From Alphaproteobacteria bacterium (lineage in GTDB: Bacteria > Pseudomonadota > Alphaproteobacteria > JABAAW01 > JAHZMA01), in contig JAHZMA010000112.1 of assembly GCA_022599575.1 (NCBI GenBank), positions 1 to 24,000 of the forward strand: 24,000 nucleotides of DNA, written 5' to 3'. The position numbers were made by a program, and so were the translations under genes. Positions 7,627 through 15,290 of this stretch are shown here, in pieces (within the stretch, counting starts at the first letter, position 1; every line of letters begins with the position of its first letter). The notes beneath the pieces are model-generated. The model did not search any database. It saw nothing but the letters and a program-made list of their open reading frames with translations, and was not told where the DNA came from.

Positions 7627-8826
7627 ATGTTTCTTGATGTGATTGAACGTAGAAATTCTGAGATGGTTAAAGCTGCTATTGCATTGCATCAGCAAGGGAA
7701 AATCCCACCCAATTGCTATGTGATTGATTGTGATATGGTGGAAAAAAATGCGCGTCTGTTTAAAACAGAAGCGGATAAATATGGGTTAGAAACTTTCGTA
7801 ATGACCAAGCAAGTAGGGCGCAATTCTAGCTTTAATCAAGCGGTGATGCGTGGCGGTATTAATCGTGCGGTTGCGGTGGATATGGCATGCGCGATTCCTT
7901 GCCATCGTTCAAACTTAAAAATAGGGCATATCGGGCATTTGGTGCAAATTCCGCGTGCCGATGCTGATTTTGTTGCGCGCACATTACAGCCTGATTATTG
8001 GACTGTATTTAGTGAAGATAAAGCGCGTGAAGCGGCGAACGCATCGCATAAAGCAGGGGTTACGCAAAAATTAATGGCACGGATTCAAATGCAGGGCGAT
8101 ATATTTTATCGCGGTCATGAGGGTGGTTTTGATGCGGACAATATTGTTGCGGTTGCACAATTTATGGATAAGCTTGATGGTGCAGAATTTGCGGGCATTA
8201 CAACGTTTCCTGCCCTATTATTTGATAATGATAATCATCAGGTTATTCCTACGAAAAATTTACAAACTCTTACCAAAGCCAAACAGATGCTAGAAGATGC
8301 AGGCTATCAGAATTTTGCCATTAATGCGCCAGGCACAACCTCATCATTGGTGTTAGAACATTTGCATAAGGCGGGGGCAACCCAATGCGAGCCCGGTAAT
8401 GGGCTACATGGCACAACGCCATTACATGCGGTTAAAGATTTGCCTGAAGCACCTGCTGTTTGCTATGTGAGCGAAGTATCGCATATTCATGATGGGGAGG
8501 CCTATGCGTTTGGTGGTGGATTTTATATCGACCCTGTTTTCCCCGATTATCAGGTGCATGCCATTATTTCTGATGGCAATCAAATGCGTAAAGCCCCCGT
8601 ATTTGTGCCGCCCCCTTCGGCGATTGATTATTATGCCATGATTAACCAAACAAAGGCACAAGCAAAAACGGGTGATAGTGTGGTGTTTGGTTTTCGTGGG
8701 CAGGTATTTGTTACCCGTGCCTTTGTGGCAGGGGTGCGGGGTATTGCTAGTGGCAAGCCTTTGGTGGAAAGCATTGAAGATGGGTTTGGTAATGCCGTTA
8801 CTTGGCCATACAATTTGGAGACATGA
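7627..8826 (+). CDS. YhfX-family PLP-dependent enzyme (alanine-racemase-fold; predicted amino-acid/amino-sugar racemase or epimerase)
   Basis: My recollection of E. coli YhfX matches along the whole length: MTKQxGRN (putative PLP lysine), GHLVQIP, TxFPxLL, NAPGTTS, EPGxxLxGTTP, SAIDYY, FRGQVFVTRA. I prefer the ATG at 7627, preceded by AAGGAG (7615-7620), over the track start at 7588. Confidence 0.75.
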   Translation: MFLDVIERRNSEMVKAAIALHQQGKIPPNCYVIDCDMVEKNARLFKTEADKYGLETFVMTKQVGRNSSFNQAVMRGGINRAVAVDMACAIPCHRSNLKIGHIGHLVQIPRADADFVARTLQPDYWTVFSEDKAREAANASHKAGVTQKLMARIQMQGDIFYRGHEGGFDADNIVAVAQFMDKLDGAEFAGITTFPALLFDNDNHQVIPTKNLQTLTKAKQMLEDAGYQNFAINAPGTTSSLVLEHLHKAGATQCEPGNGLHGTTPLHAVKDLPEAPAVCYVSEVSHIHDGEAYAFGGGFYIDPVFPDYQVHAIISDGNQMRKAPVFVPPPSAIDYYAMINQTKAQAKTGDSVVFGFRGQVFVTRAFVAGVRGIASGKPLVESIEDGFGNAVTWPYNLET

Positions 8827-8829
8827 TTG

Positions 8830-9579
8830 ATGGCTGAACCAATTTTATCCTCACCGATTTTGTCTTTACGGCATATTCAAAAAAATTTTGGTGCGATCAC
8901 CGCCATTCAAGATTTTTCGTTAGATATTTATGCGGGCGAAATTGTGGCGTTAGTCGGTGATAATGGTGCGGGCAAATCAACATTGGTTAAAATAATTTCA
9001 GGAATATACACCCCTTCTGCGGGAGATATTTTGCTAGATAATAAACAAATAAATTTCAAAGATGCCACAGTGGCGCGCGCACAAGGCATCGAGGTTGTTT
9101 ATCAAGATTTAGCACTTTGCGAAAAGCAAAAAGTCTATATGAATATGTTTTTAGGGCGTGAAGCTACCAATCGGTTTGGCTTGCTTGATAAATCAAGCAT
9201 GAATACACAAACCAGTAAGCTCATTAAAGAACTTGATGTGCGGATTCCATCAGCCGATGCCACCATTGCCGAACTTTCGGGCGGGCAAAGACAAGGCATT
9301 GCCATTGCCCGTGCTGCCCATTGGGCGCGCAAAATGATATTATTAGATGAGCCAACAGCTGCATTAGGGGTGGCTGAAACAGCCAAAGTAGAAACATTGA
9401 TTAAAAAATTAAAATCCACCAAATTAGCAATTTTAATGATTTCGCATTCGCTTGACCAAGTTTTCAGACTCTCAGACCGTATCACAGTTTTAAGACGTGG
9501 CAAACAGGTTGCATCTTTGGAAACCAAAAAAACCAATAAGAATGAAATTGTTGCCATGATTACTGGCGTTAAAGGGTAA
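8830..9579 (+). CDS. ABC transporter ATP-binding protein, single nucleotide-binding domain (FrcA-like)
   Basis: It has Walker A GDNGAGKST, signature LSGGQRQ, Walker B ILLDEPTAAL and H-loop ISHSL. The start is ATG 8830 (or TTG 8827), 3 nt after the upstream stop. Confidence 0.9.
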   Translation: MAEPILSSPILSLRHIQKNFGAITAIQDFSLDIYAGEIVALVGDNGAGKSTLVKIISGIYTPSAGDILLDNKQINFKDATVARAQGIEVVYQDLALCEKQKVYMNMFLGREATNRFGLLDKSSMNTQTSKLIKELDVRIPSADATIAELSGGQRQGIAIARAAHWARKMILLDEPTAALGVAETAKVETLIKKLKSTKLAILMISHSLDQVFRLSDRITVLRRGKQVASLETKKTNKNEIVAMITGVKG

Positions 9580-9582
9580 AAT

Positions 9583-10560
9583 ATGACCATTATGCAACGT
9601 GAAATATCAGAAATTCCTGATATTATTGCTAAAATTATCCATCAATTAGAGCTATACCACGCGATTGGCAGAAAAATGATGGATTTTCAAGGGGCATGGG
9701 CAAGCAACGCCCGTGGCACATCAGACCATTCAGCACATTATTTTAAGTTTTTGGTAGAATACCATATCGGCAAATTGGTAACGCCATTATCGCCATCACT
9801 CTCATCAATTTATGGTGCGAATTTACAGCTTGAACATGGTATGCTATTATCTATCTCGCAATCAGGTGGCTCACCCGACCTTATCGCCAGCCAAGCCAAT
9901 GCCAAGAAAAATGGCGCACATTGCTTTTGCCTTACCAATCAACAGCAATCAGTATTGGCGACGCAATCAGATGCTGTTATCGCCATGTCAGCAGGCGATG
10001 AACAAGCTGTGGCAGCGACCAAAACATTTGTTGCCAGTCTCTTTATCGGCTATTGCATCACGCAAGCGATGCGAGACAGTAATACACCACTCCCATTTGC
10101 CAGATTGCAAGATGCACTGATAAAATCGCGCTTATGTGATGAGGAACAGGCGCTGGGCATATTACAAGCAAGTCAATCTGTATTGGTGATTTCACGCGGG
10201 GCGGGCGTGGCGATTGCCCGTGAAATGGCACTAAAATTAAAAGAGACATGTATGATTCATGCTGAAGCCTATTCGGCAGCAGAAGCGGTGCATGGTCCGA
10301 TGATTTTGGCATGTAAGAATATCACTGTATTGGCAGTGCAAACCAATGATGCGGGCAATGCAAGCATATTGCAGGCGGCAGAATTGATGCGAAAAAATGG
10401 CGCGCATATTATCATGATTGAAACGATTGATGCGCTTGGCTATCTTGCGCCTTTGGTGCAAATCACCCATTTTTATCGATTGGTTGAAAAATTATCACGT
10501 CATTTAGGCTTAAACCCCGATACACCGCCCATGCTTAACAAAGCAACAGAAACAGTTTAA
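9583..10560 (+). CDS. Tandem-SIS-domain sugar-phosphate amino-isomerase/deaminase (GlmS isomerase-domain-like; NagB-II/AgaS/FrlB family)
   Basis: 325 aa. The N-terminal MQREISEIPD resembles the start of the GlmS isomerase domain, and SISQSGGSPD is a SIS phosphate-binding motif. AEAVHGP is present, and the C-terminal LNPDTPPMLNKATETV resembles the GlmS-type C-terminal tail. Confidence 0.8.
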   Translation: MTIMQREISEIPDIIAKIIHQLELYHAIGRKMMDFQGAWASNARGTSDHSAHYFKFLVEYHIGKLVTPLSPSLSSIYGANLQLEHGMLLSISQSGGSPDLIASQANAKKNGAHCFCLTNQQQSVLATQSDAVIAMSAGDEQAVAATKTFVASLFIGYCITQAMRDSNTPLPFARLQDALIKSRLCDEEQALGILQASQSVLVISRGAGVAIAREMALKLKETCMIHAEAYSAAEAVHGPMILACKNITVLAVQTNDAGNASILQAAELMRKNGAHIIMIETIDALGYLAPLVQITHFYRLVEKLSRHLGLNPDTPPMLNKATETV

Positions 10561-10583
10561 TGATGCTAGATATAGGGCAAGGC

Positions 10584-10612
10584 TTGACATAAGTCATTTT
10601 TACGCTTACAGT
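10584..10612 (+). promoter_or_regulatory. Candidate sigma70-type promoter of the fnr-like gene
   Basis: TTGACA at 10584-10589, a 17-nt spacer, then TACAGT at 10607-10612, about 45 nt upstream of the ATG at 10657. This is a pattern match only. Confidence 0.3.
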
Positions 10613-10656
10613 TTAATAACCAACTGAGTGTTAAGGAATAATTTGCAAGGTGTAAA

Positions 10657-11394
10657 ATGAATTACTCACAATATTCTAATGATAAAGCGCTAGCAAGCAA
10701 TTCGGTTTTTAATTATTTAAAGAACACACCATTATTTGATAATATTGCTAATAATGATATAATTGATTTTGCGAAAGCTGCCACGGTCAAACATTGTGAA
10801 AAAGGTGACATTATCTTTTTGCATCATGATGAGGCATTATATTTTTATATCATTAAATCAGGTTGGGCAAAATTATTTCGCCAAACATTAGATGGCAGTG
10901 AAGCCATTGTTGATATTTTAAACGACGACCATATTTTCGGTATCACAGCATTATATCAAGATAACAGATATGATTTTGGTGCACAGATTATTTGCAACAG
11001 CGAAATCATTAAAATTCCGCTAGATTTACTGCGACAAAAAGCGCACATCAATCAAAATTTATCTTTGAACGCGTTAAAATTCACCTCTGCTATCATCAAA
11101 AGAAAAAATACCGAATTAGAGCATCGCGATTTGCAAACCGCACCACAGCGTATTGGGTGCTTTTTGCTGAAATTATGTGCCAGTGATGAAACAGGGCCGA
11201 TTACGCTTCATCTACCTTATAGCAAAACGCTTGTTGCCTCGCGCTTAGGCATGAAAGCGGAAACTTTCTCACGGGCTTTGAATAAATTAAAAGATAGTTT
11301 AGATATAACAATTTCTGGTTCAAGCATCACAATAAATGATGTTAGCATATTGGAAGAAAATGTCTGTCAGTCTTGTTCACTATGTCGGTTGTGA
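10657..11394 (+). CDS. Crp/Fnr-family transcriptional regulator with a C-terminal CxxCxxC motif
   Basis: 245 aa. It has an N-terminal cNMP-binding-like beta-roll and a C-terminal HTH whose recognition helix carries the FNR-type E--SR motif (AETFSRAL). It lacks the N-terminal Cys cluster of proteobacterial FNR and ends in VCQSCSLCRL. An SD (AAGGTG) lies upstream. Confidence 0.85.
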   Translation: MNYSQYSNDKALASNSVFNYLKNTPLFDNIANNDIIDFAKAATVKHCEKGDIIFLHHDEALYFYIIKSGWAKLFRQTLDGSEAIVDILNDDHIFGITALYQDNRYDFGAQIICNSEIIKIPLDLLRQKAHINQNLSLNALKFTSAIIKRKNTELEHRDLQTAPQRIGCFLLKLCASDETGPITLHLPYSKTLVASRLGMKAETFSRALNKLKDSLDITISGSSITINDVSILEENVCQSCSLCRL

Positions 11395-11410
11395 TAACGA
11401 CATTGTTATT

Positions 11411-12247
11411 TCATTGCACAAGCGGTGAGTCGGCAGATTTGAGTTGAAAGCCACTTATATTTGCACTGCCTGCCAAAAGCTGGATATATTGGCTAAAAGC
11501 GCGTTGCCAGCTTTGCCGCCCCAAATAATCTACAATCCATTCATGCACTGCTTCAAAAGGCAATTGTTTTCCCTCAAGCCGTTTATGCACCTTAATGATA
11601 TGATAGCCAAACTCACTGCCCAAAGGCTGTTTTGAAATTTCTTCTTCTTGCATATTAAACAAGGCTTGCTCGAAAGCAGGAGTGGTTTGTCCTTTGGTGA
11701 TTTGCTCTAAATGTCCACCAGTTTTTGCCGAAGAGCAGGCGGATTCCGCTTTTGCAATGGTGGCAAAATCATCAGGTTTTTCGGTGATACGCTGCAAGGC
11801 ATTTTGCGCTTTTTTCAACGCAGATTGACGCGCATCTTCATCACCTTCAGGTGCCAAATATAAAATATGTGATGCCTCAAATAAGGGTGAGGTGTAAAAT
11901 CGTTGCTTGTTATTCTGGTAAAAATGCTTGCAGGTTGCCTCGTCTGCTTCAGGAGTTTGGATTTCCGTTTCAAACAAAGTTTCAAAAATACCATCGGTGC
12001 TTTCAAGCACCTCATCACGGTCGCAAAACCCTAAACCTATCGCACGTTGGGTTAAAAGCTCGCGAATTACCAGCGATTGCACCGCCTTATATTTAGCAGC
12101 TTGCAGGCTTTCGGCAGGATGATATTGCACTTCTGCATTAATTTGTTCAGGTGTGATTGCCACATCATTTACTGTAACACTGCTAACAGCAGTGCCGATT
12201 TCATGTTTGGTATTTTCAAGCGCTTCTGGATTGGATTGTGAAGCCAT
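11411..12247 (-). CDS. PpiC/parvulin-type peptidyl-prolyl cis-trans isomerase, last gene of the nar operon
   Basis: 278 aa. A parvulin signature is present (SEFGYHIIKV). No signal peptide is evident. The start lies 3 nt after the narI stop. Confidence 0.85.
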   Translation of the reverse strand: MASQSNPEALENTKHEIGTAVSSVTVNDVAITPEQINAEVQYHPAESLQAAKYKAVQSLVIRELLTQRAIGLGFCDRDEVLESTDGIFETLFETEIQTPEADEATCKHFYQNNKQRFYTSPLFEASHILYLAPEGDEDARQSALKKAQNALQRITEKPDDFATIAKAESACSSAKTGGHLEQITKGQTTPAFEQALFNMQEEEISKQPLGSEFGYHIIKVHKRLEGKQLPFEAVHEWIVDYLGRQSWQRAFSQYIQLLAGSANISGFQLKSADSPLVQ

Positions 12248-12250
12248 CTG

Positions 12251-12925
12251 TTATCTTTCCCTTTTACGAACAATTTGATAGGGGCGAAAAATATAGCCAA
12301 ACGGTGCGCTAAACGCATGTACAAGCCTTGTAAAAGGCCAGATAAATATAATGAATAGCCCAAGCGTGATATGTAGTTTGAACACTAATGCAACATCTGC
12401 CACGCTTTCATGCGCCCCCCCACGGAAGGTTGCGATATGTTGTGCCCAGCTCATAAACTTCACCATCTCATGCCCGTCTAAATGCTTTATAGATTCTGTA
12501 ATCGTCCACATTCCTAAGCAAAGCTGCGCCAGCAGAAGCAATAATATCGTTATATCAGCAATGGAACTTGTTGCCCGAATGCGCGGGTCAAATAATCTGC
12601 GGTGCAACAATAACACAAGCCCAATAAAGCAAAATACGCCAGCAATACCGCCAGCAACCATTGCTAAAATTTGTTTTGCGCCATGTGAAACACCAATCAT
12701 ATCAAACAGAGCGATCGGCGTTAGCAAGCCAACAACATGCCCCACAAGAATTGTGATAATGCCCAGATGGAATAGCACAGAACCATAAATCAGCTGTTTT
12801 TTACGCAAAAATTGGCTAGATTTAGAACGCCACGAATATGGGTCGCGGTCGAAACGCAAGATACTGCCCAACACACAAACGGAAATTGCGATGTAGGGAA
12901 AAATTTGAAACAAAAAGAAATTCAT
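12251..12925 (-). CDS. narI: Respiratory nitrate reductase gamma subunit (membrane dihaem cytochrome b)
   Basis: From the ATG at 12925 the product (225 aa, MNFFLFQIFPYIAISV...) is colinear with E. coli NarI, including the conserved LFHxGI, GHxxG and RLxH regions. The upstream 15 codons in the ORF track would overlap narJ and are probably not translated. Confidence 0.95.
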   Translation of the reverse strand: MNFFLFQIFPYIAISVCVLGSILRFDRDPYSWRSKSSQFLRKKQLIYGSVLFHLGIITILVGHVVGLLTPIALFDMIGVSHGAKQILAMVAGGIAGVFCFIGLVLLLHRRLFDPRIRATSSIADITILLLLLAQLCLGMWTITESIKHLDGHEMVKFMSWAQHIATFRGGAHESVADVALVFKLHITLGLFIIFIWPFTRLVHAFSAPFGYIFRPYQIVRKRER

Positions 12926-12929
12926 AGCT

Positions 12930-13661
12930 CTATACCTCTTTACTCTCATCAAATTTAGCAATCGGGTCAAAAGATGTTAGGTTTGCCCGTGCCAGCATTT
13001 CCTCAGCTTTCGGGCAACCCGCATCCATATCCTGACCTGTTGTTTGCAAGGAATTTTCAAACGCATTTTGTTCTTCCCAAACCTTATCCAAATCATCAAA
13101 AGAACTGCTTTTGCCTGCTGCTTCTGCAAGTGCTTTGTTGACCGCTTTAGCATCGGGTTTGTTGGCGGCTGCCTCAATCAAAGCATCAAAAATTGCGACA
13201 TAGGGGGATTGTCTGTTTTTTAAACGCCCCGCCAACACGCCTAAAATATTCGCAATCTCACCTAAATTTTTGCTGGATTCCTTCGCGTCTATAATGGAAA
13301 GATATTCTAAAAATAACGGCAGATAATCAGGCATTTCTTCGGTGTTAATCAGCAAACCAACATCCATATAAACGCCCGATAAATCAACCAATGCTTGCCC
13401 GCGATTCCGTGAATCGCCATGAATATGTTCAAACAAATGCAGGCAAAGCGATGGGGTGCGGTCAAACAACGCCACAAATTCTTCTTGTAAATCTAAAATA
13501 TCTTGGGCTTTCATCCAAGCCATCAAATGATTTAAGGCCTGTAATGATGTATCAGGCAACCAAGTTTCTTTTTTCAAAATTTCTTGAAATTCAGGCAAAG
13601 CTGTTACCAATTCAGCCGATGGGTATGTTAGTAGCGTGCCTAAAACTTTTAATGTTTTCAT
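12930..13661 (-). CDS. narJ: Nitrate reductase molybdenum-cofactor assembly chaperone
   Basis: 243 aa. Conserved NarJ segments are present: FDRTPSLCLHLFEHIHGDSRNRGQALVDL and MPDYLPLFLEYL. It sits between narH and narI, and an AGGAG SD overlaps the narH stop. Confidence 0.92.
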   Translation of the reverse strand: MKTLKVLGTLLTYPSAELVTALPEFQEILKKETWLPDTSLQALNHLMAWMKAQDILDLQEEFVALFDRTPSLCLHLFEHIHGDSRNRGQALVDLSGVYMDVGLLINTEEMPDYLPLFLEYLSIIDAKESSKNLGEIANILGVLAGRLKNRQSPYVAIFDALIEAAANKPDAKAVNKALAEAAGKSSSFDDLDKVWEEQNAFENSLQTTGQDMDAGCPKAEEMLARANLTSFDPIAKFDESKEV

Positions 13662-13673
13662 TGATTTTTTCTC

Positions 13674-15290
13674 CTATTTACACCCACAGCTACCACTGCC
13701 ACAACCGCCACCAGATGCACTGGTTTTGCCTTGTGCAAATAGCGTGTTGACACGGTTATCTTTGCCCGAAGCACTTGGACCACGCCAGCTTTTCGGGTTT
13801 TCAAATAATTCTATATCGCTGTTAGAATGCGAAGAACACCCATTGCCAAAACTAAACCCACATGCGCCACTCTCACCATAAGCATCTAGCGTTTCTTCAC
13901 GATGCCCAGTGGGGATAACATAGCGGTCTTCATAATTTGCCAGTGCCAGAATTTTATACATATCTTTTACCAATTCTTCGCTCATGCCAACCTCATCCAA
14001 TATCGCTTGATTCGGGCCACCTTCTAGCATGACACCGCGCATATATTGGCGCATCGCCATCATGCGTTTTAATGCCCGCACCACAGGTTCTTCCTTGCCC
14101 GCAGTCAAAAGATTTGCCAGATATTTCACAGGAATCCGCATCTTATCAATATCGGGCATGATGCCGTTATCGGTCATCGGCATGCCGCCTTTTTCCACCG
14201 CATTTTGAATCGGCGATAGCGGCGGGATATACCATACCATCGGCAATGTGCGATATTCAGGATGCAATGGTAACGCCACTTTCCAATCCATTGCCATTTT
14301 ATAAATGGGTGAATTTTGTGCGCCCTCTATCCAATTTTCAGGAATACCGTCTTTGCGCGCTTGTGCAATAACATCTGCATCATGGGGATTAAGAAAAATG
14401 CTGCATTGTGCCTCGTATAAATCTTCTTCGTTCGGGGTGCTTGCCGCTTCTTCAATACGGTCAGCATCGTAAAGCATTACGCCAAGATAGCGAATACGCC
14501 CGACACAGGTTTCCGCACACACCGTTGGGTCACCATTTTCAAGGCGCGGATAACATAATGTGCATTTCTCGGCCTTACCAGATTTCCAATTATAGTAAAT
14601 CTTTTTGTAAGGGCAACCCGAAACGCACATGCGCCAGCCCTTACATTTATCTTGGTCAATCAACACAACGCCATCTTCTTCACGTTTATAGATTGAGCCA
14701 GATGGGCAAGAAGCCACACAGGTGGGATTCAGGCAATGTTCGCATAAGCGTGGCAAATACATCATGAATGTATTTTCAAACGCGCCATAGATTTCCTCTT
14801 CCATATTTTTGAAATTATAATCTTTACGGCGATGCTCAAACTCGGTGCCAAGAATTTCTTCCCAATTGGGACCCCATTCTATTTTCTCCATAGGTTTGCC
14901 CGATATTAACGAGCGTGGACGCGCCGTTGGTTGCGCCTTAGATTCCCCTGCATTTTGCAAATGGTCGTAATCAAAGGTAAATGGTTCATAATAATCGTCA
15001 ATTTCTGGCATATCAGGATTGCCAAAAATCTTTGCAAGTGTCCGCCAACGCCCCCCTTGTTTGGGATGAATTTTACCATTCTTGCCACGATGCCAACCAC
15101 CTTTCCATTTTTCTTGATTTTCCCATTCTTTAGGAAAACCAACGCCGGGTTTGGTTTCAACATTGTTAAACCATGCATATTCCATACCCTCGCGAGATGT
15201 CCAAACATTCTTACAAGTAACTGAACATGTATGACACCCGATACATTTATCAAGATTCATCACCATGCCGATTTGTGCGCGTATTTTCAT
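13674..15290 (-). CDS. narH: Respiratory nitrate reductase beta subunit (Fe-S), with an unusual Gly/Ser/Cys-rich C-terminal tail
   Basis: From the ATG at 15290 (MKIRAQIGMVMNLDKCIGCHTCSVTCK...) all four Cys groups are present: CIGCHTCSVTCK, CEHCLNPTCVASCP, CKGWRMCVSGCP and CTLCYPR. The start overlaps the narG stop (TAATG). The 14 extra N-terminal codons in the ORF track are probably not used. Confidence 0.95.
   Translation of the reverse strand: MKIRAQIGMVMNLDKCIGCHTCSVTCKNVWTSREGMEYAWFNNVETKPGVGFPKEWENQEKWKGGWHRGKNGKIHPKQGGRWRTLAKIFGNPDMPEIDDYYEPFTFDYDHLQNAGESKAQPTARPRSLISGKPMEKIEWGPNWEEILGTEFEHRRKDYNFKNMEEEIYGAFENTFMMYLPRLCEHCLNPTCVASCPSGSIYKREEDGVVLIDQDKCKGWRMCVSGCPYKKIYYNWKSGKAEKCTLCYPRLENGDPTVCAETCVGRIRYLGVMLYDADRIEEAASTPNEEDLYEAQCSIFLNPHDADVIAQARKDGIPENWIEGAQNSPIYKMAMDWKVALPLHPEYRTLPMVWYIPPLSPIQNAVEKGGMPMTDNGIMPDIDKMRIPVKYLANLLTAGKEEPVVRALKRMMAMRQYMRGVMLEGGPNQAILDEVGMSEELVKDMYKILALANYEDRYVIPTGHREETLDAYGESGACGFSFGNGCSSHSNSDIELFENPKSWRGPSASGKDNRVNTLFAQGKTSASGGGCGSGSCGCK

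Noticed and set aside
9135-9590. 151-aa ORF on the minus strand
   Set aside because: It is entirely antisense to the ABC ATPase gene, which has clear Walker and signature motifs. It has no recognisable motifs or SD.
10584-10597. TTGACATAAGTCAT upstream of the fnr-like gene as an autoregulatory FNR box
   Set aside because: It matches the consensus at only about 7/10 positions. The TTGACA is explained equally well as a -35 hexamer.
11395-11410. Bidirectional terminator between the convergent fnr-like and ppiC genes
   Set aside because: The gap holds only a 5-bp AT-rich stem (ATAAC-N6-GTTAT), which is too weak to call.
12351-12788. 145-aa ORF on the plus strand
   Set aside because: It is antisense to narI, and its Ser/Cys/Asn-rich composition is typical of a non-coding frame.
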